A stretch of 64,000 nt of DNA. It comes from a virus. The stretch is taken from IMG/VR virus record IMGVR_UViG_3300045988_159115; one strand, written 5' to 3'. Shown one piece after another: positions 9,801 through 17,400 of the stretch; the stretch's first letter is position 1; every line of letters starts with the position of its first letter. Below the pieces are notes generated by a model, which worked only from the letters and a program-made list of their open reading frames with translations, was not told the DNA's origin and searched no databases. The position numbers and the translations under genes were made by a program.

Positions 9801-10524
9801 CCGGTATGAAGTTATCTATAAGATGTATGAGAACCGAATTCCTTTCCGAGATGAAATTCTCAGGACTTTTATAGATCTCGTAGCAAACGACACTCAATTT
9901 GGCTTCTATGATATGCTCTTCGATTATTCCAAGTTTATTCATCCAGATACTTACATGAAGTTTAAGGATGGATTGGATTATCAGACGTATTACCCGATGC
10001 AGACTGGATATACGCTTAGAGATAGATCTGATGTCGTGTCAAAGACTGATGAACTCAACGATAAGACCTTCCGTCTCTACGTAGAGAAATTCTTTAAGAA
10101 AGAGATTGAAGTCTTTGATAAAGACGGATTCAGGTTCACTGATGACACAGATAAATTTGCTATTCTTTTACAGGATAAAACTTATCTGCGCTATCGTGAT
10201 GCAATTCGCATTGAAGTTCTTATGAGACTCTTTGATAGAAAGACCTTCACTGATCAGATGAATCATATGCAAGTTGTAATTGATCGACTGATGAGTAAGT
10301 ATCATTTCACGGATGCTCATAAAAGCACTCATGGTGATTATTTGACTCCGGATGGATACCATTTCTCTGATGAAGTTTCCTATATATCGAAAGAGTATCT
10401 CGCAAAGCACGGTGCAGCATCTCATATGGGATTCTATGACTTTATCATGGCTCCCGAGATAAATGAATCGGTAAATACAAAACTTGGATTTAAAGACGAA
10501 TGCAGAATCTTCTATGAAGAATAA
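6835..10524 (+). CDS. very large protein (1229 aa), possible virion component, function unknown
   Basis: Uninterrupted track ORF; GGAGGTGAG SD; class B motif at 6783-6794. I recognised no enzymatic motif. Confidence 0.8.
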   Translation: MADINMVSQLSKDFMTIVQDSVIKYKVLADESETLESMRNGDLYVRAMRKEDTFEGYENFTEEEILEVYDAAGITITRGELLDYVYNNREIPVIYKYKNADGTIGFQHDVRKDLVENRRKKIISTYVEENNYYRMLIGLPDRDEDPDEYFYVPADIAEEYNLPSDVAIHELDIGQVSVLQAIGYIDKLIAENPTKKYLNYLGSKAVDLVTARSAKAFDIIRVPNISSATMWNSFSLIYSQCREYFMVTIYVPEHRQTIGYYDNFIALCIMVMTLQQFVARILKFTIERDFFDEYCVRCLFNCYGVPYDSALDNDTKLQIVQNLNLLVQNKGTTKVLVDIASILGFDRLKIYKYCLVKDRLFDENGLPIVATKKDPATGREVPDYETMYDVYFKKIDVSAHDYYHALQKEAISESYSSVTSPDPYWIDDDELKKSLYEIEYNYAETKYMGVSISYRMTRLFFDNVYALKMLLDNRFKEYTIFLDLPKILTYQSISIFDAIVTLCALTCKMNNLRGNILYTPSKILHVMGFNFRENFDKIREKVILGYEYKENPKEEEKEAYEKKLKSSPYYDRLNDELAKYFERPEMDGPYTAENLNMMYSDILTMYDFLLNKMAHAETIEEYRLYKDFYYAAYYAEETQDIFAIGDSKPFTDWDTITQNDGFTKGWILAHVDTTKDAEHCLVHDKTTITTCNYLSNLFKDIQEGSYVEFHPASSTWSQVYEFDANDTYIRSYNPAYDYDSGKSFIKFLPIRGHKYYISMRPSDAAISTRDNRVIFDDELAGMVNGCRLEFAPRYASTFMDYLMYRNPALWAFVESTDKDQVPQYANHIINRLLKLIPSLRTLGSSIGYSSTMEDVLLRFIRFFKSYTTDLLNMEVIYVLDMKPESLLRLMDYGRYIVTLYPKDDQLFGYTDMLEASITEHMDTKLTFRDNVNVSSILYLFSDLRFIDDIHHIQVDIRKKDDLKINDRNQFELITDYIWLQSILHIHDWFRYEVIYKMYENRIPFRDEILRTFIDLVANDTQFGFYDMLFDYSKFIHPDTYMKFKDGLDYQTYYPMQTGYTLRDRSDVVSKTDELNDKTFRLYVEKFFKKEIEVFDKDGFRFTDDTDKFAILLQDKTYLRYRDAIRIEVLMRLFDRKTFTDQMNHMQVVIDRLMSKYHFTDAHKSTHGDYLTPDGYHFSDEVSYISKEYLAKHGAASHMGFYDFIMAPEINESVNTKLGFKDECRIFYEE

Positions 10525-10533
10525 GGTCTGAAA

Positions 10534-10545
10534 ACATTAGTGTAA
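10534..10545 (+). promoter_or_regulatory. class B motif ACA-N6-TAA
   Basis: CTGAAAACATTAGTGTAA; 56 nt upstream of ATG 10602. Confidence 0.6.
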
Positions 10546-10601
10546 CCTGATTTTTTGAGAACCTGCATTACTCAATATACTAAGAAAGGATGATGAAATC
10601 T

Positions 10602-11513
10602 ATGATTAAGAAACTTAACGATAGATTTTCCATGAATGACAAGGTCGACATTGGCAATGACCATCACCATCGGAATACCCTGTGGGCTCGTACCCAGATC
10701 ATTGGTGGCTACGGCCTCCATAAGAATCCTGAGACTGGTCTTTCTGAACTTGATGAGGTCGTGTTCGAGACTGAGAACATGGTTCCTATTGGCGGCGTCC
10801 AGTTTGCTATGGAGCAGATCTTTGGTGTGAAGGGCCCTCTTGAGGTTCCTTCTCTGAATAAGGATCTTGGCATTGCAACAGGCGCTACTGTGAAGCCGAC
10901 TGCCCCCAACCCTCATGCATATGGTACGAAGGTTTGCCTGTTCGGTATTGGCGTCAGTGGTTCTGCTGAGAACAACCTGACTGCTAAGGAAGTTAAGTAC
11001 CGTGACAGTGCTGTTGACGGTATGGTTCCATTCCGTTATACCAATGAGACTCTGTCAACTGATGATCAGAAGCGTTACTTTGGTAAGGTGAAGAAGACCG
11101 ATACAAACACCACCGCTTACTATCTGAAGCGTTTCGATGGCGAACCTGTCATCAAGCACTTCTATGACGATTCCACTGAGGATGGCGTGGATGGTTCTGA
11201 GGTCAAGAGCGATATCTTTACCAAGGATTATGGTAAGGGCGTTCAGACTCTGACTGAGATGAACCTGATCATCTCCAAGAAGGACATCAAGGAGTGGTTC
11301 ACTGCTCAGGGTAACGTTGAGGAGAGCCGTGTGAACTCCATTGCTCTGTATTCTGCCGTCTATGACGCGAATGCAAAGCTGAACCCTGCAGATACGAATG
11401 AGACTATGGGTGACTATACTGACATCCATCTGTTCTCTAAGCTGAACATCCCCACTGAGCCTATGAGCCTCACAAAGGATATGCACATCATTTATCGCGT
11501 TTACGGTTCTTAA
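10602..11513 (+). CDS. probably abundant protein of unknown function (structural candidate)
   Basis: Track ORF 10590-11513. The AAGAAAGGA SD overlaps the first two ATGs, so ATG 10602 is best spaced. Strongly G/C-ending codons. Own class B motif (10534) and own terminator (11552-11597), so it looks monocistronic. Confidence 0.8.
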   Translation: MIKKLNDRFSMNDKVDIGNDHHHRNTLWARTQIIGGYGLHKNPETGLSELDEVVFETENMVPIGGVQFAMEQIFGVKGPLEVPSLNKDLGIATGATVKPTAPNPHAYGTKVCLFGIGVSGSAENNLTAKEVKYRDSAVDGMVPFRYTNETLSTDDQKRYFGKVKKTDTNTTAYYLKRFDGEPVIKHFYDDSTEDGVDGSEVKSDIFTKDYGKGVQTLTEMNLIISKKDIKEWFTAQGNVEESRVNSIALYSAVYDANAKLNPADTNETMGDYTDIHLFSKLNIPTEPMSLTKDMHIIYRVYGS

Positions 11514-11551
11514 AATCAAACAGATATTTGATGCCTGTAAGCTGAAACTAG

Positions 11552-11597
11552 CCGCATGAATAAAATGACATTGCGTCAATTATTCATGCGGTTTTTT
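11552..11597 (+). terminator. intrinsic terminator
   Basis: CCGCATGAATAA / TTATTCATGCGG stem followed by TTTTTT. Confidence 0.8.
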
Positions 11598-11601
11598 GTT
11601 T

Positions 11602-11611
11602 ATATATTATA
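11602..11611 (+). promoter_or_regulatory. class A motif ATATATTATA (candidate early-type promoter)
   Basis: Exact 10-mer, just after terminator 11552-11597 and 67 nt upstream of the tubulin ATG 11679. Confidence 0.6.
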
Positions 11612-11630
11612 CTTAAGTACGAAAGCTGAA

Positions 11631-11642
11631 ACCATTAGTTAT
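11631..11642 (+). promoter_or_regulatory. class B variant (ACC-N6-TAT)
   Basis: CTGAAACCATTAGTTAT closely resembles CTGAAAACATTAGTGTA at 10528; 36 nt upstream of the tubulin ATG. Confidence 0.4.
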
Positions 11643-11678
11643 TCGTGCAAAAAAATATTTTTTTAGGAGGCATGATTT

Positions 11679-12824
11679 ATGCTAAGTATTTCTGTAGTGG
11701 GTATCGGTAACTGCGGTTCGCAAATCGCTGCGTTGGCTATGAAGAAGCTAAACGTACCTGTGATTGCGATCAACAGCAGTGAAAGAGATATCCAGACCCT
11801 GCCGGAAGACGTTCCGGTTTACTTGATGGGTGACGCCAAGGGCGCTGGCAAGCAGCGTATCATGGCAAAGCAGATGCTCAAGAAGTCCGTTATGGACATC
11901 CTTGAGAATCCGAAACTGAAGGACGTCTTCGCAAGTGACATCCTGTTTGTGGTGTCTTCTACTGGTGGCGGTACCGGTTCTGGTACTGCGATCCTGATGA
12001 CCAATATCATTCGTGAGGTCTACACGAAGGGTACTGTCGTCACGGTTGGCGTGCTTCCTACGCTCAAGGAAGCTCTGTCGACTCAGTTGAACAGCGTTGA
12101 GTATCTGAAGGAGCTGTATGGCACCATGACGGATACTACATATATGCTGTATGATAATGATCGTTGTTCGAAGAGTGCGATCGCCATGATGGATTCTGTG
12201 AACGAGCAGGTCGTCAACGATATGGATGTCATCCGCGGAACCTATCAGATTCCGACTCGTTACGCATCCATCGACGAGAGAGACATGCTCAACATCATCG
12301 GTACTCCTGGCCGTCTTGTTGTTGCTGGCGTTCGGGATATCGCAAAGCGTCGTGACGCAGATAACATCGACATCGAGGATGCTCTGATTGATGCTCTGCG
12401 TACCGCTCCGATTGCAGATCTCGAGAAGGATGGCGTGATTGCACGTACTGGTGTGATCAGTGCGCTGTCTTCTGATCTGAACGATCGGTTTGATACCCAT
12501 ATCCCGAAGGTTCTGAATGTCGTTGGTACTCCTGTCGAGGAGTTTGAGCATGTGGCGGTCAATACTGATCGTCATCTTCCGTCCAACGTCTTCATCGTGT
12601 GCTCTGGCATGAGCCAAGCAAACGATCGTCTTCGTAAGATCAATGATCGAATCGAAGAGATCAATTCTTTGCAGGAGAAGGCAAAGGCTGACGATTCTAT
12701 CATCTCCGAGATTGATGTTTCGAAGCTGAGCCAGAAGGTGAGCCACACCCGTACTCCTGCAAAGGAAAAGGAAGCAGGTACAGATTTCGACCTGAAGAGC
12801 ATCTTCTCGAAGTTCGGCATCTAA
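11679..12824 (+). CDS. tubulin/FtsZ-superfamily GTPase (phage PhuZ/TubZ-like)
   Basis: VVGIGNCGSQIA (G-box 1), tubulin signature SSTGGGTGSGTA, T7-loop-like YDNDR. AGGAGG SD 8 nt before the ATG. Confidence 0.9.
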   Translation: MLSISVVGIGNCGSQIAALAMKKLNVPVIAINSSERDIQTLPEDVPVYLMGDAKGAGKQRIMAKQMLKKSVMDILENPKLKDVFASDILFVVSSTGGGTGSGTAILMTNIIREVYTKGTVVTVGVLPTLKEALSTQLNSVEYLKELYGTMTDTTYMLYDNDRCSKSAIAMMDSVNEQVVNDMDVIRGTYQIPTRYASIDERDMLNIIGTPGRLVVAGVRDIAKRRDADNIDIEDALIDALRTAPIADLEKDGVIARTGVISALSSDLNDRFDTHIPKVLNVVGTPVEEFEHVAVNTDRHLPSNVFIVCSGMSQANDRLRKINDRIEEINSLQEKAKADDSIISEIDVSKLSQKVSHTRTPAKEKEAGTDFDLKSIFSKFGI

Positions 12825-12836
12825 GTAAGGTTTCAT

Positions 12837-12900
12837 AAGAGGGGAATAGTATTTTACCGAGGTGGTTACACTAAGGTAATTTTGGCTATCCCCTCTTTAT
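12837..12900 (+). terminator. large-loop hairpin after the tubulin gene (terminator-like; encloses class B motif)
   Basis: AGAGGGGA(A)TAG / CTATCCCCTCT arms, about 36-nt loop, followed by TTTAT. Confidence 0.4.
12868..12879 (+). promoter_or_regulatory. class B motif ACA-N6-TAA
   Basis: ACACTAAGGTAA, identical to the 12-mer at 63821; 52 nt upstream of ATG 12932. It lies in the loop of hairpin 12837-12900. Confidence 0.55.
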
Positions 12901-12931
12901 GGGATAAATAAATTCAAGGAGGACTCATTAT

Positions 12932-13918
12932 ATGAGTAAGGACAACAACAAAAAACGGGAATTTAAGATTCCTAAGGAAGTCAAGAATTTCCTCATGCCG
13001 TTCAAGAAGTGGCGTAAGGACAATGACTTTTACGAGAGCAAGAAGGATGCTCGTAAGGCCTATTACACCGAGAAGCTCGAGTGGATGGGCGAGAGTGTGA
13101 TTCCTCTGCTCGTCAGTTATGGCTATCGTCAGGAAGTGATTGAGATCAAGAACGACCTCTACGAAGGGTTGTCTGATCCCGAGTTCGTGAAGGCCTGCAC
13201 AAAGGCTGTCAAGAAGGGCGATGGTTTTGAGAACCAGTCCCTGTATGCAGTCCTGGTCCAGGACATGGCTGAGGCGCTGGCAAAGCAGGCTCGCGTTGAG
13301 TCTGCTAAGACTGGTGAGACCATCGTTACGGATATCGACGATATGGTTGAGCTGTCCAAGCTGGTTCTGGCAAAGAAGATCAAGAAGGCAAAGAAGGCCG
13401 GGATTGATGAAGCCACTGCATTCAGTGTGCTGAGCATCCTGCCGGATACTTCCATTCTGGATATCCGCAACGACAACCGCTGTAATAAGAAGTTCTACTT
13501 CTACAGAAAGCTTATCAATTGCCTGTATACTCTGGCAAAGGATAAGCCTCTGTGTGCACCGGTTGGTGAGATCATCGAATTCGTCTTCCGTAAGGGCGAC
13601 GACTTCATCCCCAGTTTCATCGTGTGTGCGATGCTGGAGCGTAAGGAGCGTTACAACAGCCTCAACAAGACTCAGCAGGAGGTCTATGACCAGCTGACTA
13701 CTTGGGCTTTTGGTAAGCTCGAGAGTTACGATAAGGAAACCATCACTGCCGCCCTGCGTCTGTATTACAACTGGCGCAAGGACGACGCAGCAAACAACCG
13801 TGATTCTCAGCGCCGATACTATGTGAGCAGCCTGCCGGAGAATGAATATCCGAAGACTGTCGCATGCATGAACAAGATCATCGCAAGCGGCGATGAGCAC
13901 ACCAAGGACTTTTTCTAA
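12932..13918 (+). CDS. basic, probably alpha-helical protein downstream of tubulin, function unknown
   Basis: Track ORF; AAGGAGG SD; G/C-ending codon usage like the tubulin gene; class B motif at 12868. Confidence 0.75.
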   Translation: MSKDNNKKREFKIPKEVKNFLMPFKKWRKDNDFYESKKDARKAYYTEKLEWMGESVIPLLVSYGYRQEVIEIKNDLYEGLSDPEFVKACTKAVKKGDGFENQSLYAVLVQDMAEALAKQARVESAKTGETIVTDIDDMVELSKLVLAKKIKKAKKAGIDEATAFSVLSILPDTSILDIRNDNRCNKKFYFYRKLINCLYTLAKDKPLCAPVGEIIEFVFRKGDDFIPSFIVCAMLERKERYNSLNKTQQEVYDQLTTWAFGKLESYDKETITAALRLYYNWRKDDAANNRDSQRRYYVSSLPENEYPKTVACMNKIIASGDEHTKDFF

Positions 13919-13936
13919 TAAAGGAGAGCAAGAATA

Positions 13937-14521
13937 ATGGGCAAGCATAATAATCGTTATGATAAGCGTAAGGGTGTTTCCGAGAAGGTGAGCACCAAGC
14001 TGTCCAAGCGTCTGGACGAGAAGAGCATGAGCGAGACGTTGAGCGTCAGCTGCATGAAGAATCCCGTTGAGTATGCTTCTAAGCATGCCAACAAGAAGCT
14101 TCGTCTGAAGGGTATCAGCAAGGCTGAGAAGAAGCTGCTGACCTGTGGCTGTGAGCACGTCATCATCAACAAGAAGGGTCGGCGCAAGGCTGCTCTGCGC
14201 CCTGCTGAGAAGGGCATGATGCAGTGCCGTCTGTGCGGCAAGATCATTTCTCCCACCATTCCCACCGAGGAGGATCTGGATAAGATCTGGGAGGCTTCCG
14301 ATGCAGTCGACAATCAGGTTCGTCTGATGGTCGGTATGCTGGATCTCGGCGCAAACGTCGATCGTGCAACCTATGCGTTCGCATGGCGTCAGAAGATGTG
14401 GCGTAAGTTCGAGGCCAAGATCATCAAGCTGGGTGCCAAGAATCAGGTGATCCAGGACAAGAAGCACGGCAAGGGCAACAACGACAACGATGGCTCCGGT
14501 GTTGCTGGCGAGTGGTATTGA
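13937..14521 (+). CDS. Lys-rich protein with CxC...CxxC zinc-ribbon-like motif, function unknown
   Basis: Track ORF; AAGGAG SD 18 nt after the previous stop. TCGCEH...CRLCGK. Terminator 14615-14666 follows. Confidence 0.7.
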   Translation: MGKHNNRYDKRKGVSEKVSTKLSKRLDEKSMSETLSVSCMKNPVEYASKHANKKLRLKGISKAEKKLLTCGCEHVIINKKGRRKAALRPAEKGMMQCRLCGKIISPTIPTEEDLDKIWEASDAVDNQVRLMVGMLDLGANVDRATYAFAWRQKMWRKFEAKIIKLGAKNQVIQDKKHGKGNNDNDGSGVAGEWY

Positions 14522-14614
14522 TCTACAGAGAAAGATAAGCTTAGCTACCTTATCTCAAAACGTGCTACAATCGCGTCAAAATTGAAGCACTGTGTTTAAC
14601 TGTAGTTAAATGAG

Positions 14615-14666
14615 AAGAATCCAATGTGATTTGTGTAATAGCAAATTCACATTGGATTCTTTTTTT
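14615..14666 (+). terminator. intrinsic terminator
   Basis: GAATCCAATGTGA / TCACATTGGATTC stem followed by TTTTTTT. Confidence 0.85.
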
Positions 14667-14745
14667 CGTGCTAGGAAGTCTATGATCCGAAAGGGATTTA
14701 ATCTCATAAATTGGGAAACTTTCCATTAATCCGTATAGGACTACG

Positions 14746-14774
14746 CATGAAAAACGAAAGGACGATATGAATGG
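14746..14774 (+). promoter_or_regulatory. conserved 29-nt leader with 7-codon uORF (MKNERTI) abutting the topoisomerase B-subunit start
   Basis: CATGAAAAACGAAAGGACGATATGAATGG. uORF ATG 14747 to TGA 14768-14770, then the main ATG at 14771. 28 of 29 nt are identical to 17372-17400. Confidence 0.6.
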
Positions 14775-17194
14775 CCCAATTTAAAGACGATAAGATGGAA
14801 TACATCGAATCGGATATTGAAAAGATCCAAATGAAAACCGGCATGTATATCTCTTATGTCGGTCGTAAAGGTGCACTGCATCTGGCAAAAGAAGTAATTC
14901 AAAATGCTATTGATGAATGTGCAAACCCCAAAAGTCCTGCTAAGAATATTCAGGTAACTCTTGACGTTTTGGATGGTTCTCTGATTGTCGAAGACGATGG
15001 TCGTGGCATTCCGGAGACTCAGGAGATCCCGATGGATATTCTGTGTACAAAACTGAATTCCGGTAGTAAGTTTACCCGTGAACAGGGTGGCGCTTCTTCC
15101 GGTGAAAACGGTGTCGGTCTGACTGCTACAAACGCACTGTCTGCCATGTTCCGTTGGGAATCTTACCGCGATGGAAATTGCCACCACATCGAGTTTGAGA
15201 ATGGTGTGAAGATTGCAGACGAGCATAAGAAGTCTAGCAAGAAGCATGGTTGTATTCTCAAATTCATTCCCTCTACGAAGTACCTCGGTAAATCAGCAGT
15301 CATCAATAAAGATGACCTGAAAGAATGGCTGGATGGTATTTCGTATTTCATCCCTTCTGATTGCAAGATCGTTTATACGGTCGAGAAGGGTATGGATAAA
15401 GTTATCTCCAGCACCAAGTATAAGTCTGGCAATATGAGTGATCTTCTGAAATCTCATCTGACAGATTCTGTCTTGGTAAAGCCGAAAGATTTCCACGGTG
15501 AAACCAAACTCGATGAGGATTACCGTGGAGAAAAGACGATTAAGAGAAGCCTGTCTCTTCAGTTTGCATTTGCATACACGACTTCTCTTGAGCCTTGGGT
15601 AGATTCTTTCTGTAACTACGTGAATACCACTTCTGGTGGCGTTCATCTGAATGCAGTCAGAGAAGCTATCTGGCGATTCTTTATGAAGAAGACAAATGAA
15701 GCTCTGAGTGAGAGAGAGAAGAATAAGTATTCTGTGTTAAAGGTTGATATTGAATCCGGTATGAATCTGGTTGTCAATATCTTCACCGATGCTCAGATGC
15801 AATTCGTTGGTCAGACCAAGAACGAGATCTCCAACGACATGCTCTTCGCTCCGATTAAGCAGCTCGCTTCCGATGCGATGGATGGATACTATTCCAAGCC
15901 GGAGAATAAGGACGAGCTGAATGCGATCGTGAAGGTTATTAAGACGAACTGCAAAGCTCGTGTTGATGCTTCCAAGATCCGTGAGCAGACGATCAAGGAG
16001 ACCGTCAATAAGTTTGACAAGCACAAGATTCCGAACTTCACTCCTTGCAATAACGATGGCAAGGCTTACAAAGAGCTTCACATCTGTGAGGGACGCTCGG
16101 CAGCTGGCTCTCTGGTTAACGGTCGTGATCCTGACACTCAGGCATTCTTCAGTTTCCGTGGCGTCACTGCGAACGGTTTTAAGCGTGACGCATCTACCAT
16201 CCTTGCCAACAAGGAATGGTATACCTACGTCAAGCTTCTGAAGACAAACTTTGGCCCGAAGTTTAACCTTGCCAATTGCTATTATGACAAGATTATCATC
16301 GAGACAGACTCCGATGTCGACGGCTATAATATCTCTTCTGGTATCGGTGCGTTCCATGCACTGTATATGCCGGAACTGGTTAAAGCCGGTAAGCTGTACA
16401 AAGCAATCGCTCCTCTGTACCATATCGACGATAAGAAGACTCCGTTTGTCCGTTCTAAGAACGAGTACATCGAAGCATATCAGGATAAGGTGCTGAAGAA
16501 CTATAAGGTCGCTCTTGATTCTTATGGTAAGGACTATCTGAAGAGTTCTGTCTTTAAGAAGTTCATCTATGATACGGAATTCTATCCTGATGAGCTGACT
16601 CGTGTCTCCAACCACTTCGGTGTCAATAAGTTCCTCATTGAGCGTATCGCCGCATACTTCGTTATCGGTGGTTATATGACGTCGGACATTCCCACTCTCT
16701 TTGGTAATCGGAAGTTCCTTCTGAAGTTCACCGAGATGCTCCAGTTGAAGTTCCCTGAGCTGAAAGTAACCGATAAGGGTTCTATCACTGGCATCATTGA
16801 TGGTAAGTTCCAGTCGATCAAGATTACCGATCGCTTCATCAAGAAGATCGAGGACCTCGCTCCTATCTACTCTGAGTATGGTTATATGATGAGAGTTTGT
16901 GAGAAGGATGGTCCTGAGATTCCGATGAGCATTGGTGAGTTCCTCGATTCTGCCAATAAGTACAAGGCGAAGATTCTGTCTCGCTTTAAAGGACTTGGCG
17001 AAGCAAACGGTAAGGAACTGTGGCAGACTACCCTTGACCCGAACAACCGTATTCTGATTCAGTTGACTATGGATGATGTTGAGAAGGATCTGAAGATCTT
17101 TGCAAAGCTCCATGGTACAACGGAAGAAGATCTGAGAGCACGTAAGGAAATGATGGCTGCTTACCGCATCAAGAGAGATGATCTGGATAACTAA
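14771..17194 (+). CDS. type IIA DNA topoisomerase, ATPase/Toprim (GyrB/ParE/T4 gp39-like) subunit
   Basis: GHKL motifs EVIQNAIDE and DDGRGIPE. Toprim motifs EGRSAAGS and ETDSDVDGYNI. Confidence 0.9.
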   Translation: MAQFKDDKMEYIESDIEKIQMKTGMYISYVGRKGALHLAKEVIQNAIDECANPKSPAKNIQVTLDVLDGSLIVEDDGRGIPETQEIPMDILCTKLNSGSKFTREQGGASSGENGVGLTATNALSAMFRWESYRDGNCHHIEFENGVKIADEHKKSSKKHGCILKFIPSTKYLGKSAVINKDDLKEWLDGISYFIPSDCKIVYTVEKGMDKVISSTKYKSGNMSDLLKSHLTDSVLVKPKDFHGETKLDEDYRGEKTIKRSLSLQFAFAYTTSLEPWVDSFCNYVNTTSGGVHLNAVREAIWRFFMKKTNEALSEREKNKYSVLKVDIESGMNLVVNIFTDAQMQFVGQTKNEISNDMLFAPIKQLASDAMDGYYSKPENKDELNAIVKVIKTNCKARVDASKIREQTIKETVNKFDKHKIPNFTPCNNDGKAYKELHICEGRSAAGSLVNGRDPDTQAFFSFRGVTANGFKRDASTILANKEWYTYVKLLKTNFGPKFNLANCYYDKIIIETDSDVDGYNISSGIGAFHALYMPELVKAGKLYKAIAPLYHIDDKKTPFVRSKNEYIEAYQDKVLKNYKVALDSYGKDYLKSSVFKKFIYDTEFYPDELTRVSNHFGVNKFLIERIAAYFVIGGYMTSDIPTLFGNRKFLLKFTEMLQLKFPELKVTDKGSITGIIDGKFQSIKITDRFIKKIEDLAPIYSEYGYMMRVCEKDGPEIPMSIGEFLDSANKYKAKILSRFKGLGEANGKELWQTTLDPNNRILIQLTMDDVEKDLKIFAKLHGTTEEDLRARKEMMAAYRIKRDDLDN

Positions 17195-17256
17195 CAGAAA
17201 AGTAATCCGCGATGGGTTATTGGTTTCCATAATTCAAACTCTCTTTAAAATATAAA

Positions 17257-17305
17257 ATAAGACGTAGACAGTGAGCTCGTGTAACTACACTGTCTACGTC
17301 TTATT
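17257..17305 (+). terminator. intrinsic terminator (A-tract/T-tract flanked, potentially bidirectional)
   Basis: AATAAGACGTAGACAGTG / CACTGTCTACGTCTTATT. Confidence 0.8.
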
Positions 17306-17371
17306 CCTTGTATTTCCATTGTCTGGAAAACGTATATATAGGAGTGATCCTTATGTAAACTGAGATTACAT

Positions 17372-17400
17372 CATGAAAAACGAAAGGACGACATGAATGG
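17372..17400 (+). promoter_or_regulatory. conserved 29-nt leader with 7-codon uORF (MKNERTT) abutting the topoisomerase A-subunit start
   Basis: CATGAAAAACGAAAGGACGACATGAATGG. uORF ATG 17373 to TGA 17394-17396, then the main ATG at 17397. Confidence 0.6.

Noticed and set aside
12914-14467. 517-aa minus-strand ORF covering genes 12932-13918 and 13937-14521.
   Set aside because: It is antisense to two plus-strand genes that have good SDs, plausible protein composition and strong G/C-ending codon bias. The minus ORF has low-complexity L/Q/H/D-rich composition and no SD. It is a shadow ORF caused by the absence of TTA/CTA/TCA codons in the sense genes.
14718-14725. TTTCCATT box upstream of gyrB (14718), gyrA (about 17314) and 60160 (minus strand, about 60190-60197), considered as a third promoter class.
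   Set aside because: There are only three loose occurrences with inconsistent spacing to any -10-like element and to the start codons. That is not enough to call a motif. I mention it under the topoisomerase-leader finding only.
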